Source: an uncultured virus (IMG/VR IMGVR_UViG_3300025727_000009)
Taxonomy: Duplodnaviria > Heunggongvirae > Uroviricota > Caudoviricetes
Length of the DNA: 64,000 nucleotides
Strand: one strand, 5' to 3'
IMG/VR virus record: IMGVR_UViG_3300025727_000009
Span: 1 to 64,000 of that record
A program made the position numbers and the translations under genes. Of the stretch, positions 1-8,961 are shown piece by piece (the stretch's first letter is position 1; each line of letters opens with the position of its first letter). The notes below the pieces were generated by a model. That model did not search any database. It was not told the origin of the DNA and saw only the letters and a program-made list of their open reading frames with translations.

Positions 1-715
1 GCAGCCGACCGTTGCGGGCGCCACCACGACCGGGGAAGAGCTTCCCCAGCTTGATGATGTCGTCCTTCTGCAGCGGGAAGATGAGGTCCTCGTCCAGACC
101 ATCCTCGGCGTTGGCCGCGGCGGACTGTTGGATGACGTCGATTCCCTTGACCTTGCCCAGCTCCTTCACGGTGCCCTGGGCAACGTTGAAAGCCGAGAAA
201 GCGTCATCGTCCGCGTAGACCGCGCCGAAGACCAGCCCGTTGGCGTCCTCCTGCAGCGACTGACACGCCGACTCCACGTGGTTCAAGAACGTGACGTCCT
301 CAACCTCCTGGATGTCGTTGACGATGTGCCGCTTGATGATCGCCGTGACGGGGATCGTGTAGGCGGCCAGCTCCTGGGTCGTCTGCTCGAACCGCGGGGA
401 ACCCACCTCGTGGAAGGGCACCTCGAACCGGCTCGCCGTGTAGTAGTTCACGTCGGGCTGACCACGGAACGACATGCTCATGGCACGACTTTCCGGCTCA
501 GTCTCGACGATCTTGATCAGGGTGTCGTGGTTCACCGACACCTGCAGCTCACTGCGTCCGACCTGACGTGGCGGCAGGATCTTCCGAGCGAACGACTCCT
601 CGCGGAGGCGGTCCCGAATCCAGTCCGAACCGTAGGCGGCGATCTTCTCTTTGCCTTCAGCCGTATCGAGCTTCTGCGCGAAGAGGGCGTTCAGGGCGTC
701 ATTTGCAACACTCAT
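1..715 (-). CDS. Major capsid protein (3' part runs off the window)
   Basis: Open minus-strand frame from ATG at 715 (MSVANDALNALFAQKLDTAEGKEKIAAYGSDWIRDRLREESFARKILPP...), missing from the ORF track because no stop falls in the window. It lies downstream of protease/scaffold-like genes, and the RE.sFARKIL N-arm resembles large-phage HK97-fold capsids. Confidence 0.65.
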   Translation of the reverse strand, partial: MSVANDALNALFAQKLDTAEGKEKIAAYGSDWIRDRLREESFARKILPPRQVGRSELQVSVNHDTLIKIVETEPESRAMSMSFRGQPDVNYYTASRFEVPFHEVGSPRFEQTTQELAAYTIPVTAIIKRHIVNDIQEVEDVTFLNHVESACQSLQEDANGLVFGAVYADDDAFSAFNVAQGTVKELGKVKGIDVIQQSAAANAEDGLDEDLIFPLQKDDIIKLGKLFPGRGGARNGRL

Positions 716-718
716 CGA

Positions 719-1312
719 CTAAATCCTCTCGCCGACGAAGCGTGGCATGTCGTAGAGCATGACGCGAATCTTGACGCCCGAGGCGCCCTTGACGGCGGAA
801 CTGCGCGTGACCTGCCCGACAGCCCAGCCGGCGGAACCATGGGGCAGCGGAGTCAGCAGCAGACGGTTCAGCGAACCCTCCACGGCGACGTTGGCCTCAG
901 CCACCGAGACGAGGTTGCCCTCGGCGAAGTTGCTGACGTGGTTGTTGTCCTCGCCATCGTCAGCGAGCAGGTAGAGATTGGTTTCAATCTCCAACGGCCC
1001 CATCCAGATGACGGGCACACGCTTGTCGCCACTCGCCGACCGGTCGCTACGCAGGGCCGAGGCCCACACCATACGGAGGCCAGAAGCCTCGATGGTCGTA
1101 GCGGTAACGCCAGCGACATTGGCGCCAACGAACACACCATCGGCCACCGCAAGGTTGGAACCGACTTCTCCGTTGACCATCACGAACTGACCATCCTCAG
1201 GGGGGAAGGCCATCGCACTGCAGTCAATATCACGCGTCAGGTTGGCGCGGATAATGGAAGAGACCGGCTTGACGTTGCGGCGACGCGTGGCAGAAATTGG
1301 CTTAACAGCCAT
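719..1312 (-). CDS. Head-associated protein (decoration/cement candidate)
   Basis: 197 aa, beta-rich, directly upstream of the capsid gene, with a GGAG RBS. Confidence 0.45.
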   Translation of the reverse strand: MAVKPISATRRRNVKPVSSIIRANLTRDIDCSAMAFPPEDGQFVMVNGEVGSNLAVADGVFVGANVAGVTATTIEASGLRMVWASALRSDRSASGDKRVPVIWMGPLEIETNLYLLADDGEDNNHVSNFAEGNLVSVAEANVAVEGSLNRLLLTPLPHGSAGWAVGQVTRSSAVKGASGVKIRVMLYDMPRFVGERI

Positions 1313-1340
1313 TTTTTATTTCTCCTTGTACGTCTGAACT

Positions 1341-1700
1341 CTAGTTCCCGCCACGAAGGTAGGACTCAAAGCGGTCTCCGCTCTGGCCCCCCTCGGACGC
1401 TGAACTAGCAACTTTGGAAAACGACATCTCTGGCGCCTGCATCGAGACCGCCTGTTGCAGCACGTTGAGGTCACGTCCTGAGATCAGAAGAGCCGCAATC
1501 TTTTCCTTGCGGGACATGCCCGCCTCTCCAAGACCACGCGACTCCATCAGGTCGACCACGTCTCCGGCAAGGTCAGCCGATGCCTGCTTCTCCTTCAGCC
1601 CGTCGTTCTCGGCACGAAGCGCGTCGCGCTCCGCCACCAAGGCACGAAGAACCCCCGGAACCGCGGCCATAACTTCCTGAGCTGCCTCTTTGGTCAACAT
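1341..1700 (-). CDS. Small coiled-coil head/scaffold protein
   Basis: 119 aa, heptad-like segment, four K-x-A motifs. Confidence 0.55.
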   Translation of the reverse strand: MLTKEAAQEVMAAVPGVLRALVAERDALRAENDGLKEKQASADLAGDVVDLMESRGLGEAGMSRKEKIAALLISGRDLNVLQQAVSMQAPEMSFSKVASSASEGGQSGDRFESYLRGGN

Positions 1701-1701
1701 C

Positions 1702-2316
1702 TCACGCTCCTCGCTGCTGCTCAGGGTGGACCCGAACTTTCAGCTTCTTGATGAGGCTCTGCCTCACCTTGTCCCCGATGTCGCTGGTTGCCTCATCACC
1801 GGTCTCGGCCCCTGCCTGTTGGTCAGGGCTCGCGTCGGAGGTACCCGCTCCGAGAGCATCCTGAAGCACGTCCGAAAGGGACAAGTGCTCCAGGTTCTCG
1901 TCTTCGCTCATTTCGGCCTGGGCCTCCGCGGCAGCTTCCTGGTCCTCTTCCGCCTCTCCAGCCTCTTCAGGCGGGGGCGGGGGCTCATCAGGGGCTGCGA
2001 CCGCTTGCGCGGCTTCAACGGCGGCCAACTTGGCCAGAACCTTGGTTGTGATGTGCGACCGGCGGTCATCGGCCACCGACGCCTGCTTCTCCTTCATGCG
2101 AGCGATAACGCCCCCAACGACCAGCTGCGGGTCGAAGGTGGGAGCAGCCGGGGCATCAGCGGTGAAGGCGAAGCCCGTGCTCAGGACCTCTTCGCAAGCC
2201 GACGCCAGCTTCTCCACGTAATCCGTCTCAACGACAGAATCCGTAGGAACGCTTGCAGACTCGGGAGCGCCACCGAGGCGTTCAATCATGTCTCTGACCG
2301 ACTGGTTCATCACCAC
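1702..2316 (-). CDS. Acidic head/scaffold-like protein
   Basis: 204 aa, acidic and Pro-rich, EKLAS/EKQAS motifs, abuts the next gene. Confidence 0.55.
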   Translation of the reverse strand: MVMNQSVRDMIERLGGAPESASVPTDSVVETDYVEKLASACEEVLSTGFAFTADAPAAPTFDPQLVVGGVIARMKEKQASVADDRRSHITTKVLAKLAAVEAAQAVAAPDEPPPPPEEAGEAEEDQEAAAEAQAEMSEDENLEHLSLSDVLQDALGAGTSDASPDQQAGAETGDEATSDIGDKVRQSLIKKLKVRVHPEQQRGA

Positions 2317-2354
2317 TCTCTTTCAGGTAGGCGCTACTTCGACAGTTCTTAGAG

Positions 2355-2369
2355 TATTACCGGCTAATA
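2355..2369. repeat. Dispersed palindrome copy, 1 mismatch (TATTACCGGCTAATA)
   Basis: Intergenic, between a terminator and the start of 1702..2316. Confidence 0.8.
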
Positions 2370-2390
2370 ATTTGTCGAAGCGGTAGTCAG

Positions 2391-2425
2391 AAAAAAGGAC
2401 GGGAGAATTGCTTCCCCCGCCCTTC
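2391..2425 (-). terminator. Rho-independent terminator
   Basis: Minus strand reads AAGGGCGGGGGAA-GCAA-TTCTCCCGTCCTT followed by a T run, just after the stop of 2447..3085. Confidence 0.65.
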
Positions 2426-2446
2426 TTCAAGCGGACCCGATGAGGA

Positions 2447-3085
2447 TTACTCCTCGTCGAACGCCGCAGCGATGGCGTCCACATCCCAGCCGGCCGCGTC
2501 AAGCAGCTCCGCGGTGCGGTTGCCAAGCAGGTCGGTCAGCTCCTCGTCGAACGAGAGCGAAGCGACCTTCTCGCGGCCCTCGGTCTGCTCCAGGGTGTCA
2601 CCCTCCAGCGCGCCGAGCTGCTCCAAGATGTCGTTGGCGTTCATCGCGGCGAGTTGGTTGAACTCGTCCTCGGTGATGTCCTCGACACTCGCGACCTTGT
2701 CCATGCCGTCGTCACCCTGGCCCCAGATGCCCGCCAGCTCTTCAGCCATGGCGTGCGCCTGAACGCGACCGAGGTAGTCCGCCGCAGCGACCTTCTCCAT
2801 GTCGACGCCAGCGGGGAGGTCGTTGCCGGGAGCCGAAGCCACCTTCTCCACGCCCTCTTCGCCACCAGGAGCGGCAGCGACCTGCTCGCCGACCTCTTCG
2901 CCCATGGTCTGACGAATCATCTCGACGATCTGGTCGTCCGTGAACTGGCCGAGGTCGATGCCCTCAGCAGCCGCGGTCTTCTCCAGCTCTTCGAGCACGT
3001 TGAGGGCCTCAGGGCCCGCGATCTTCTCCAGCTCGCCGTGGTCGGTACCACCGGACAGGAGCTGGTCAACAAAACTGTTGCTCAT
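2447..3085 (-). CDS. Scaffold-like acidic protein
   Basis: 212 aa, very acidic, six (E/D)K-x-A-(S/A/G) motifs, immediately downstream of the protease-like gene. Confidence 0.6.
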   Translation of the reverse strand: MSNSFVDQLLSGGTDHGELEKIAGPEALNVLEELEKTAAAEGIDLGQFTDDQIVEMIRQTMGEEVGEQVAAAPGGEEGVEKVASAPGNDLPAGVDMEKVAAADYLGRVQAHAMAEELAGIWGQGDDGMDKVASVEDITEDEFNQLAAMNANDILEQLGALEGDTLEQTEGREKVASLSFDEELTDLLGNRTAELLDAAGWDVDAIAAAFDEE

Positions 3086-3159
3086 TTTTGAATCCCTTTT
3101 TGAATGTCAGAGCGAGGGCATCATCGTCGACCCGGTTCTCCGAGTCTAGGTGCGCTCAA

Positions 3160-4818
3160 TCAGGTCAGCTTAGCTAGACCTGCATGCAAAAGCTGACCGA
3201 GCTTTCCAGTCCTGTGCAGTTGGTTCCCAAGTCGAACCAAACCGAGCAGAAGCGATGCCGCCAGCACGGGATGCCGCTCAACGAACTCATCAACAGCGGA
3301 AGCGCTCTTCGTAAGCCCACCGAAACCTTGGTGGTGAGCCCCATAAAGGTAAGCAAGGCTGGTGTCGGTCAGTAGCTCGGGGGGGATCCCAGCGCTCTTT
3401 TCCAAACCCAGCAACGAACCTTCAAGCACTTCGCCGAAGACGGTTGATAGCAGGTCTCCGTCTCTACTTGTCACTGAGCTTACTAGAGAAGGTGCCTTCT
3501 CCAGAAGCTGAATTCTGTATCCGTTGTAACCCTCGGCCACCTTCGTGAGAAGAGGGGTGTTACTTTCGACCGGCCGGACAACGCGAACGATGCAGCGAGG
3601 GCGGCCTACACCGGGGTCTTCACCCAGCGCACTACGACGTCCGAGGATGCGACTCAGGGCGCGCGTTATTAGCGGCTGATAATCGCGGGGGCTCCCCCAA
3701 CGCATCCCCATATCCGCACCGGACTCAGGGGCGAAGCACTGACCGCCGTCCCACATCTCGCGCGCCAAACGGGGCTGGCGCATCTTGATGAGCACGATGG
3801 TCTGGAACTCCGAGGGCTTCAACACCATCCCAGCAGCGCCGGTACTGGTGAGGGTCCGCTCGATTGGCTGCCTCGCCAGCTCCTGCATCTGCCCCATGTC
3901 CATGTCGGGCTCACGGGAAGCAAGGTGCGGACTGAGGCCATGGGCCAGCGAAGGGATGCGCTTGGTGATGGTGGCCTTCTTCTGGACCTCCGCCATCTTC
4001 TGCAAGAGGATGCGGCGGTCGAAGTCTCGGCCCGTTCCGGCTACAGCCGCAGCGTCAGCCGACAGGCCGTGCTGCAACGCCTCCTGGGCGTAGGCCACCT
4101 TGAGCATGGCGTAGCTGGTCTTGTCTGCACCGATGATGACGAAGCTCAGGTCGAAGAACTTCGGCTTCGGGTTGTACACGAACACCTTGCGGCCATCAGG
4201 GAGGACCTGATTGCGCATCATCTTCATGTCGTTGCAGTAGTCAGCGCGCGTGAACGACTTGTTGCCGCAGATGCTGCAGACGTCGTACTTGACCCGCGCA
4301 CCCATGCTTACGGCTGGGTGGCCGCCCGCATCCAGCTCCGACAAGAGGTCCTGGTACCCCAGCTCCTCAGCACGGCGTCGGTCAATCTCAATGATGAGTT
4401 CGACGCGGTGCATAACCTCGTTGTAGACGACCTTTACGATCTGCCCGTAGGTGATGCCGGGGTCTTTGTTCTTGTGGTGCCTGAAGACGTTCGCGCGGAG
4501 AAACGTCTGGTGCCCGTACAGGCTCGGGTGGTTGACGTCGACCGGGAGCCCCTTGAACTCCTGCGGGTCGAGTTCCGACTCCTCGAAGTAATCCGCGTTG
4601 ACGTTGGAGCCGTAGTACTCACCCGCACCGAGGGCGTTGACCAGGACGCACAGCTTGCCGGGGCGCGGCTTGTAACTGTCGACGTACTTCTGCATCTCCG
4701 GGTGGAGACGGCTGAAGGATGCAACCTTCACCTTCCCGTCGTCGACGTCAGGGAACAACGCCTGGACGAGGGGCTCCCCCGTAGAGGAGACGCCAGAGAA
4801 AGTGATGAGCTTGTCCAC
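3160..4818 (-). CDS. Putative prohead (capsid maturation) protease with Cys cluster
   Basis: Motifs FRHHKNKD, VSMGARVKYDVCSICGN...YC and FFDLSFVIIGAD resemble large-phage HK97/herpes-type maturation proteases; position in the head module fits. Confidence 0.6.
   Translation of the reverse strand: MDKLITFSGVSSTGEPLVQALFPDVDDGKVKVASFSRLHPEMQKYVDSYKPRPGKLCVLVNALGAGEYYGSNVNADYFEESELDPQEFKGLPVDVNHPSLYGHQTFLRANVFRHHKNKDPGITYGQIVKVVYNEVMHRVELIIEIDRRRAEELGYQDLLSELDAGGHPAVSMGARVKYDVCSICGNKSFTRADYCNDMKMMRNQVLPDGRKVFVYNPKPKFFDLSFVIIGADKTSYAMLKVAYAQEALQHGLSADAAAVAGTGRDFDRRILLQKMAEVQKKATITKRIPSLAHGLSPHLASREPDMDMGQMQELARQPIERTLTSTGAAGMVLKPSEFQTIVLIKMRQPRLAREMWDGGQCFAPESGADMGMRWGSPRDYQPLITRALSRILGRRSALGEDPGVGRPRCIVRVVRPVESNTPLLTKVAEGYNGYRIQLLEKAPSLVSSVTSRDGDLLSTVFGEVLEGSLLGLEKSAGIPPELLTDTSLAYLYGAHHQGFGGLTKSASAVDEFVERHPVLAASLLLGLVRLGNQLHRTGKLGQLLHAGLAKLT
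3667..3681. repeat. Dispersed palindrome copy, 1 mismatch (TATTAGCGGCTGATA)
   Basis: Inside the protease-like CDS. Confidence 0.7.
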
Positions 4819-5159
4819 TACAGGCTCGCTACAGGTTGGGGCTGCTTCTTGTAAGTTACTACATGCCGCTTCGGCACCTTACTGACCAGCGGCTTCGCGT
4901 CAGGGGTGACGTGCCAGTTCTTGCCCTTGGTCAGCTTACGGGACACCCCTGCAGCACGCTCAGCGCGGTACTGCCCCAACGTTGGGGGAGGCAGACTCTT
5001 GCTACCCCGGGTATTCCGCGCGGCAGGAACAAGCGCCCGAACAATAGAAGCAGTGGTGCTCTGGTGGTCGTGCACCCACTTACGCTTCTTGTCCCACCCG
5101 TTAGGGGTGAGCCAGCCCGCGAGCTTCTCCAGGACCTGCTGTTTGCGTGCGCGGGTCAT
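4818..5159 (-). CDS. Basic virion-internal protein candidate (shared leader)
   Basis: Begins MTRARKQQVLEKLAG; stop overlaps the start of the next gene. Confidence 0.6.
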   Translation of the reverse strand: MTRARKQQVLEKLAGWLTPNGWDKKRKWVHDHQSTTASIVRALVPAARNTRGSKSLPPPTLGQYRAERAAGVSRKLTKGKNWHVTPDAKPLVSKVPKRHVVTYKKQPQPVASL

Positions 5160-5161
5160 CC

Positions 5162-5611
5162 CTACTTCTTCTGCAGGCTCTTGATGATCTGCTTCTCTTC
5201 ACGAGAAGACCAACCCTTGTCATTGAGGTTGGCCTTCCCCTTCAACGCACGAGCCCGCACCTTGTTCCGCAAGAACGACATCCCGCTGTCAATGCCGGCG
5301 CCTGCCCCAACACCGAGAAGCGTACCAAGAAGGAGCGTGGCTTTCGCTGACCGCGGCATGGGGTAGCCCATACGGGCAGCTGCCTGAATACGGCGCTTAG
5401 CCCCCAAGAGCCCCACTACACCACCACCAACAGCGGCAACGGAACCCGAAGCGAGGGGAGACGTCATGAACCGAGAAATCGGATAGGTCTTCTTCTTCTT
5501 TGGCTTGCTCTGCAACTGCTCAAGCGCGGCCACATTCTCGGGGCTCACGTCACCGATGACCCGCAGCTTGGCGAGCTTCTCCAGGACATGGGCTTTTCGG
5601 GCGCTGCGCAT
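5162..5611 (-). CDS. Basic Gly-zipper protein (shared leader, YPISRF family)
   Basis: MRSARKAHVLEKLAK leader, KTYPISRF motif, two Gly-rich hydrophobic segments. Confidence 0.65.
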   Translation of the reverse strand: MRSARKAHVLEKLAKLRVIGDVSPENVAALEQLQSKPKKKKTYPISRFMTSPLASGSVAAVGGGVVGLLGAKRRIQAAARMGYPMPRSAKATLLLGTLLGVGAGAGIDSGMSFLRNKVRARALKGKANLNDKGWSSREEKQIIKSLQKK

Positions 5612-5613
5612 GC

Positions 5614-6264
5614 TCAGTCCTTCTTCTTGCGACGGCCGGGTGCAGCCGCAACGCCGAGGGCGGCAGCCAAGGTTCCCGCCGCAGCCGTAGCCGCGGCCGT
5701 GCGCTTTCTACCCCCGCGGGACGTGGCCCGCAGGGCGTCCACAATTCGTTCCTCGTGGCCTGACAGTGCCCTCAGCTCTGAAGGCGGCACGCGGGACGTG
5801 CCTAGAAGAGCCCGAGCACCAATCTTGTTCTGCAGGAACTTGAGCGGGGGTATCCCCGCCAAGGGGTTATGGATGAACCTTTGGATCGGGTAGGTGCTCG
5901 CGCCCGCTTTCTTCTCCTTGAGCGCACTACCGGCCGCGACGCCACCAAGACCGGCGGCGGCGACACCCGCGGTCTGCTTCGCGGCCCCTCGCGCGCGGTT
6001 CTTAGGGCTGTCCGCCCTCAAGGCCCGAATGATCTTCTTCTCTTCCGCCGTGGTCATGTCCGTGAGCTTGTTCTTGAGCCCCGTGCCCATCCGCGCCTTC
6101 CCTTGAAGGCGCTGGGCGTAGGTCATGTTCTTGATATACTCCATCCCGGGATTTCCACCCATAACCCACTCGGCCCAGGGGTTCTTCAGGAACCTGGAAA
6201 TCGGGTAGGTCTTTGGCCCTGCCCCAAGCTTCTCCAGCACCTCTATCTTACGGGTGGCAAGCAT
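5614..6264 (-). CDS. Basic Gly/Ala-zipper protein with internal duplication (YPISRF family)
   Basis: MLATRKIEVLEKLGA leader; two modules TYPI(S/Q)RF...EE..I..ALR, each followed by a hydrophobic segment. Confidence 0.65.
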   Translation of the reverse strand: MLATRKIEVLEKLGAGPKTYPISRFLKNPWAEWVMGGNPGMEYIKNMTYAQRLQGKARMGTGLKNKLTDMTTAEEKKIIRALRADSPKNRARGAAKQTAGVAAAGLGGVAAGSALKEKKAGASTYPIQRFIHNPLAGIPPLKFLQNKIGARALLGTSRVPPSELRALSGHEERIVDALRATSRGGRKRTAAATAAAGTLAAALGVAAAPGRRKKKD

Positions 6265-6267
6265 CGG

Positions 6268-6729
6268 CTACTTCTCCGCTTTGGACAGGCGCCCCAGGCC
6301 GATGCCGGCAGCACCGGTAGCAACAAGGGCTGTGCCCTTAGCGGCCTTCATGCCCTTACCGCTGAGATGCATCTTGCCGCCCATGAAGGGGAGGCTCCCC
6401 TTGGAGGCCCCCTGGAAGCGCAAGGACAGTTGGGCCTCTTCCTTGGTGAGCCCCGACATTGCCCCCGTCGACTCCAGCTTTCGTGCTCGACCCAAGAGGG
6501 CACGGCCCTGCGCCTTACGAGCGATGGAAGCCGCGCCCAGGCCGTACAGTCCGCCGATGCCCGCTCCTATAGCTGCGCCGGGAGGGCCGCCTACGGCTCC
6601 GCCGAGAGTACCGCCATAAGCCGCACCGACACCAGCGACGGTTTTGCGGCTCGTCAGGAAGCGAGAAACTGGGAACGTCTTCGCCCCCGCCAGCTTCTCA
6701 AGAACGGCGGCTTTGCGTGCGATGTTCAT
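6268..6729 (-). CDS. Basic Gly-zipper protein (YPISRF family)
   Basis: MNIARKAAVLEKLAG leader, KTFPVSRF, and a GxxxG zipper. Confidence 0.65.
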   Translation of the reverse strand: MNIARKAAVLEKLAGAKTFPVSRFLTSRKTVAGVGAAYGGTLGGAVGGPPGAAIGAGIGGLYGLGAASIARKAQGRALLGRARKLESTGAMSGLTKEEAQLSLRFQGASKGSLPFMGGKMHLSGKGMKAAKGTALVATGAAGIGLGRLSKAEK

Positions 6730-7350
6730 TTAGATGTCCATTCCGGGGGCAGCGGCAACGGCACCGAAGGCGCGAGCCAGGATGGACTCCTTGCGCGCCC
6801 CGCCCAGGTTGCGGGTAACTTCACTGAGGGTCTTCACGTCAGGGGCCTGAATGCCCTCGGTCTTGAACTGCAGCTGCTTCTTCATGAAGGAGCCGGCGAC
6901 CAACGGGTCTTTCGCCATGGTCGGCGCGAAGTTGTAGAGGGTATTGAAGATGCCCTGCACGTCCTTCTTTGGCTCCTTCTTGAACTGCGGGTTGGCATCC
7001 ATCATGTCCTGGAAGCCCTTCTTCTTGGTGACCGAGCCGTGGACCTTGCCAATGGCCATGTCCGCCAAGCCGACGCCACCGCCGATGCCCGCCGCGACCG
7101 CACCGAATGCGAGCGCCTTCTTGAGCGCACCGCCGCGACCGAAGATCATTTTGCTTACTGTGGGCTTCGGCTTGAGCCGCTCCTTCAGCTGCTCGGAGAT
7201 GACGTCCTTGAGGACACCCTTGGTCGTGTCGCCAACGAGGCTGCGCCCATACCCGGCAAGCGCCTTACCAGGGCTGTCCCCGAACACCGTTTCGCCGAGG
7301 CTGGCGCCGAGCTTTTCGAGGAGTGCTGTTCGTCGCTCGTCAGTAATCAC
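6730..7350 (-). CDS. Virion protein candidate with one hydrophobic segment (shared leader)
   Basis: MITDERRTALLEKLGA leader; ALAFGAVAAGIGGGVGLA segment. Confidence 0.65.
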   Translation of the reverse strand: MITDERRTALLEKLGASLGETVFGDSPGKALAGYGRSLVGDTTKGVLKDVISEQLKERLKPKPTVSKMIFGRGGALKKALAFGAVAAGIGGGVGLADMAIGKVHGSVTKKKGFQDMMDANPQFKKEPKKDVQGIFNTLYNFAPTMAKDPLVAGSFMKKQLQFKTEGIQAPDVKTLSEVTRNLGGARKESILARAFGAVAAAPGMDI

Positions 7351-7949
7351 TGCCAGACCTCACGCGCCAAGGGGTTCTCTACCGAATGCTGCTGCCGCAG
7401 GCGAGCTGCGAGAGATGCGTTGATTTGCTGTCGGGGCATCATAGCGCCGCCCATTGCACTAGCCGCCTGCCGGTTCTCCGGTTTCTTGGCGAGCCAGTAC
7501 GCCGCCAACGCGCCACCGCCAGCAAGCAACGGGTGCTTCATCGCCATGCCAACCGCGCCGCCAGGACGGAACTTCCGTGCGTAGCGATACGTCTTGCCGT
7601 CGATACGGGCCTTGTACGCCTTGCCCTTGGTGCGCCCCTCTTTGATGTCGTCGTAGTCCGCCATGGAGATTTCGCGCATACCGCGACCCGGGCCACCCTC
7701 GACAGCGTGCATTCGCTTGCCACGGAAAGGACCCCGCCTCGACTTCTTGCCGAGCGCCATAGATGCCAGCGACCGCTGGGCTGCCCGTACCGGGGCACCA
7801 GCTGCCCGTGAGACCCCTCGGCTTACTGCGCCCTTGGCGTAGCGGTAGGGTGCGGTCAGGCGGCTGCGGGCAACGCGGTCCTGGGCACGAGCGCCCATGT
7901 TGTGTAGGGCCTCGCCAATCTGCACTTCTGTGGGCTTCGGCTTGGGCAT
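7347..7949 (-). CDS. Basic hypothetical protein with hydrophobic segment
   Basis: 200 aa, ATG start, 4-nt overlap with the next gene. Confidence 0.55.
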   Translation of the reverse strand: MPKPKPTEVQIGEALHNMGARAQDRVARSRLTAPYRYAKGAVSRGVSRAAGAPVRAAQRSLASMALGKKSRRGPFRGKRMHAVEGGPGRGMREISMADYDDIKEGRTKGKAYKARIDGKTYRYARKFRPGGAVGMAMKHPLLAGGGALAAYWLAKKPENRQAASAMGGAMMPRQQINASLAARLRQQHSVENPLAREVWQ

Positions 7950-7951
7950 CT

Positions 7952-8950
7952 TTACGCGACCGGACCCTGTGGCGGCATGGGGCCACCAGGGGCGGGACCA
8001 GGACCAGGACCAGGAGCCGGGACCGGACCCTGCGGACCAGCCGACTGCGGGATGACGTCACTACCGGGAACGCCCGGCTCCATCGGGGGCGGCATCCCTC
8101 GGAGGTGCTGTAGCAGCGAGTCCATGGACATCTGCGCCTGCTGGACCAGCTGACTGGTGGTCATGAGCTGCTGTGAGGTCATCTCCAGGGACTGGATAAC
8201 CCCCGGGAGTGGACCGGCTTGTACGGGACCCATGCCCGCGTTGGCGAACTTCAGCATGTGGCCGAACTCGACCAGCTCGGGGTACTCGGCCGCCACGACC
8301 TTCTGCACACCCGCGGACATCCCCAGCATCTCCAGGGCAGCGCCGGTCTCATGGGGCTGATGTCCCTCAGCCGCCGCGGTCTTCAGCAGGCCGCCCAGCG
8401 TCCAGAGGTGCTCTTCCATGTTGATGAGCGCCATCTTGAAGTCCGCTTCGGCTTCCTTCTTGAGCGCCATCTGCTTGGGGATATGAGAAGGCAGCGGGGC
8501 TTCCTGCGTATAGAAGACCTGCGCCTCCTTCACCAGTTCGCCGTATCGCTCGGGCTCGTCCGCGTGCTGGTCGAAGAGGTCCTCCAAGCGAAGGCCCTCC
8601 CCACCGGGGATGTAGACCTCACGCGCGGACAGCGCGACCGAGATGGGCGAGGCCACCTTGGTCTTCTCCCCGCCAGCAATCTCGTTGAAGTCAGCCAGGG
8701 GGAAGGACACGTTGCCCTTGTGCCCCGCACGCTTCAGCTCGACGAACGCCGTGTTGTTGGCCGTTTCCACCACGCGCTTGGTCTGCTCGCCGGTGAGCCC
8801 CGCCTCTTTCACCATCCCAGCGATGGTGCTGTTGAGGGACACGCCATCCTGCACAAACCGCGCTGCGGCCTGCTTCCCCATGGACCGCAGACGCTCCGCG
8901 GAGAGGAGGGTGTCCGAGCTGGCGGAGAGGTAGGCTTCAAAGTCGTGCAT
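7952..8950 (-). CDS. Hypothetical head protein with Pro/Gly tail
   Basis: 332 aa, several K-x-A motifs, C-terminal PGPGP repeats, GGAG RBS. Confidence 0.6.
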   Translation of the reverse strand: MHDFEAYLSASSDTLLSAERLRSMGKQAAARFVQDGVSLNSTIAGMVKEAGLTGEQTKRVVETANNTAFVELKRAGHKGNVSFPLADFNEIAGGEKTKVASPISVALSAREVYIPGGEGLRLEDLFDQHADEPERYGELVKEAQVFYTQEAPLPSHIPKQMALKKEAEADFKMALINMEEHLWTLGGLLKTAAAEGHQPHETGAALEMLGMSAGVQKVVAAEYPELVEFGHMLKFANAGMGPVQAGPLPGVIQSLEMTSQQLMTTSQLVQQAQMSMDSLLQHLRGMPPPMEPGVPGSDVIPQSAGPQGPVPAPGPGPGPAPGGPMPPQGPVA

Positions 8951-8961
8951 TGAGAGGCTCC

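Noticed and set aside
128..1408. 426-aa plus-strand ORF
   Set aside because: Antisense shadow of the capsid and upstream genes; the minus frame has coherent starts, RBSs and motifs.
5869..7584. 571-aa plus-strand ORF
   Set aside because: Spans several well-formed minus-strand genes; a typical high-GC antisense open frame with no motifs.
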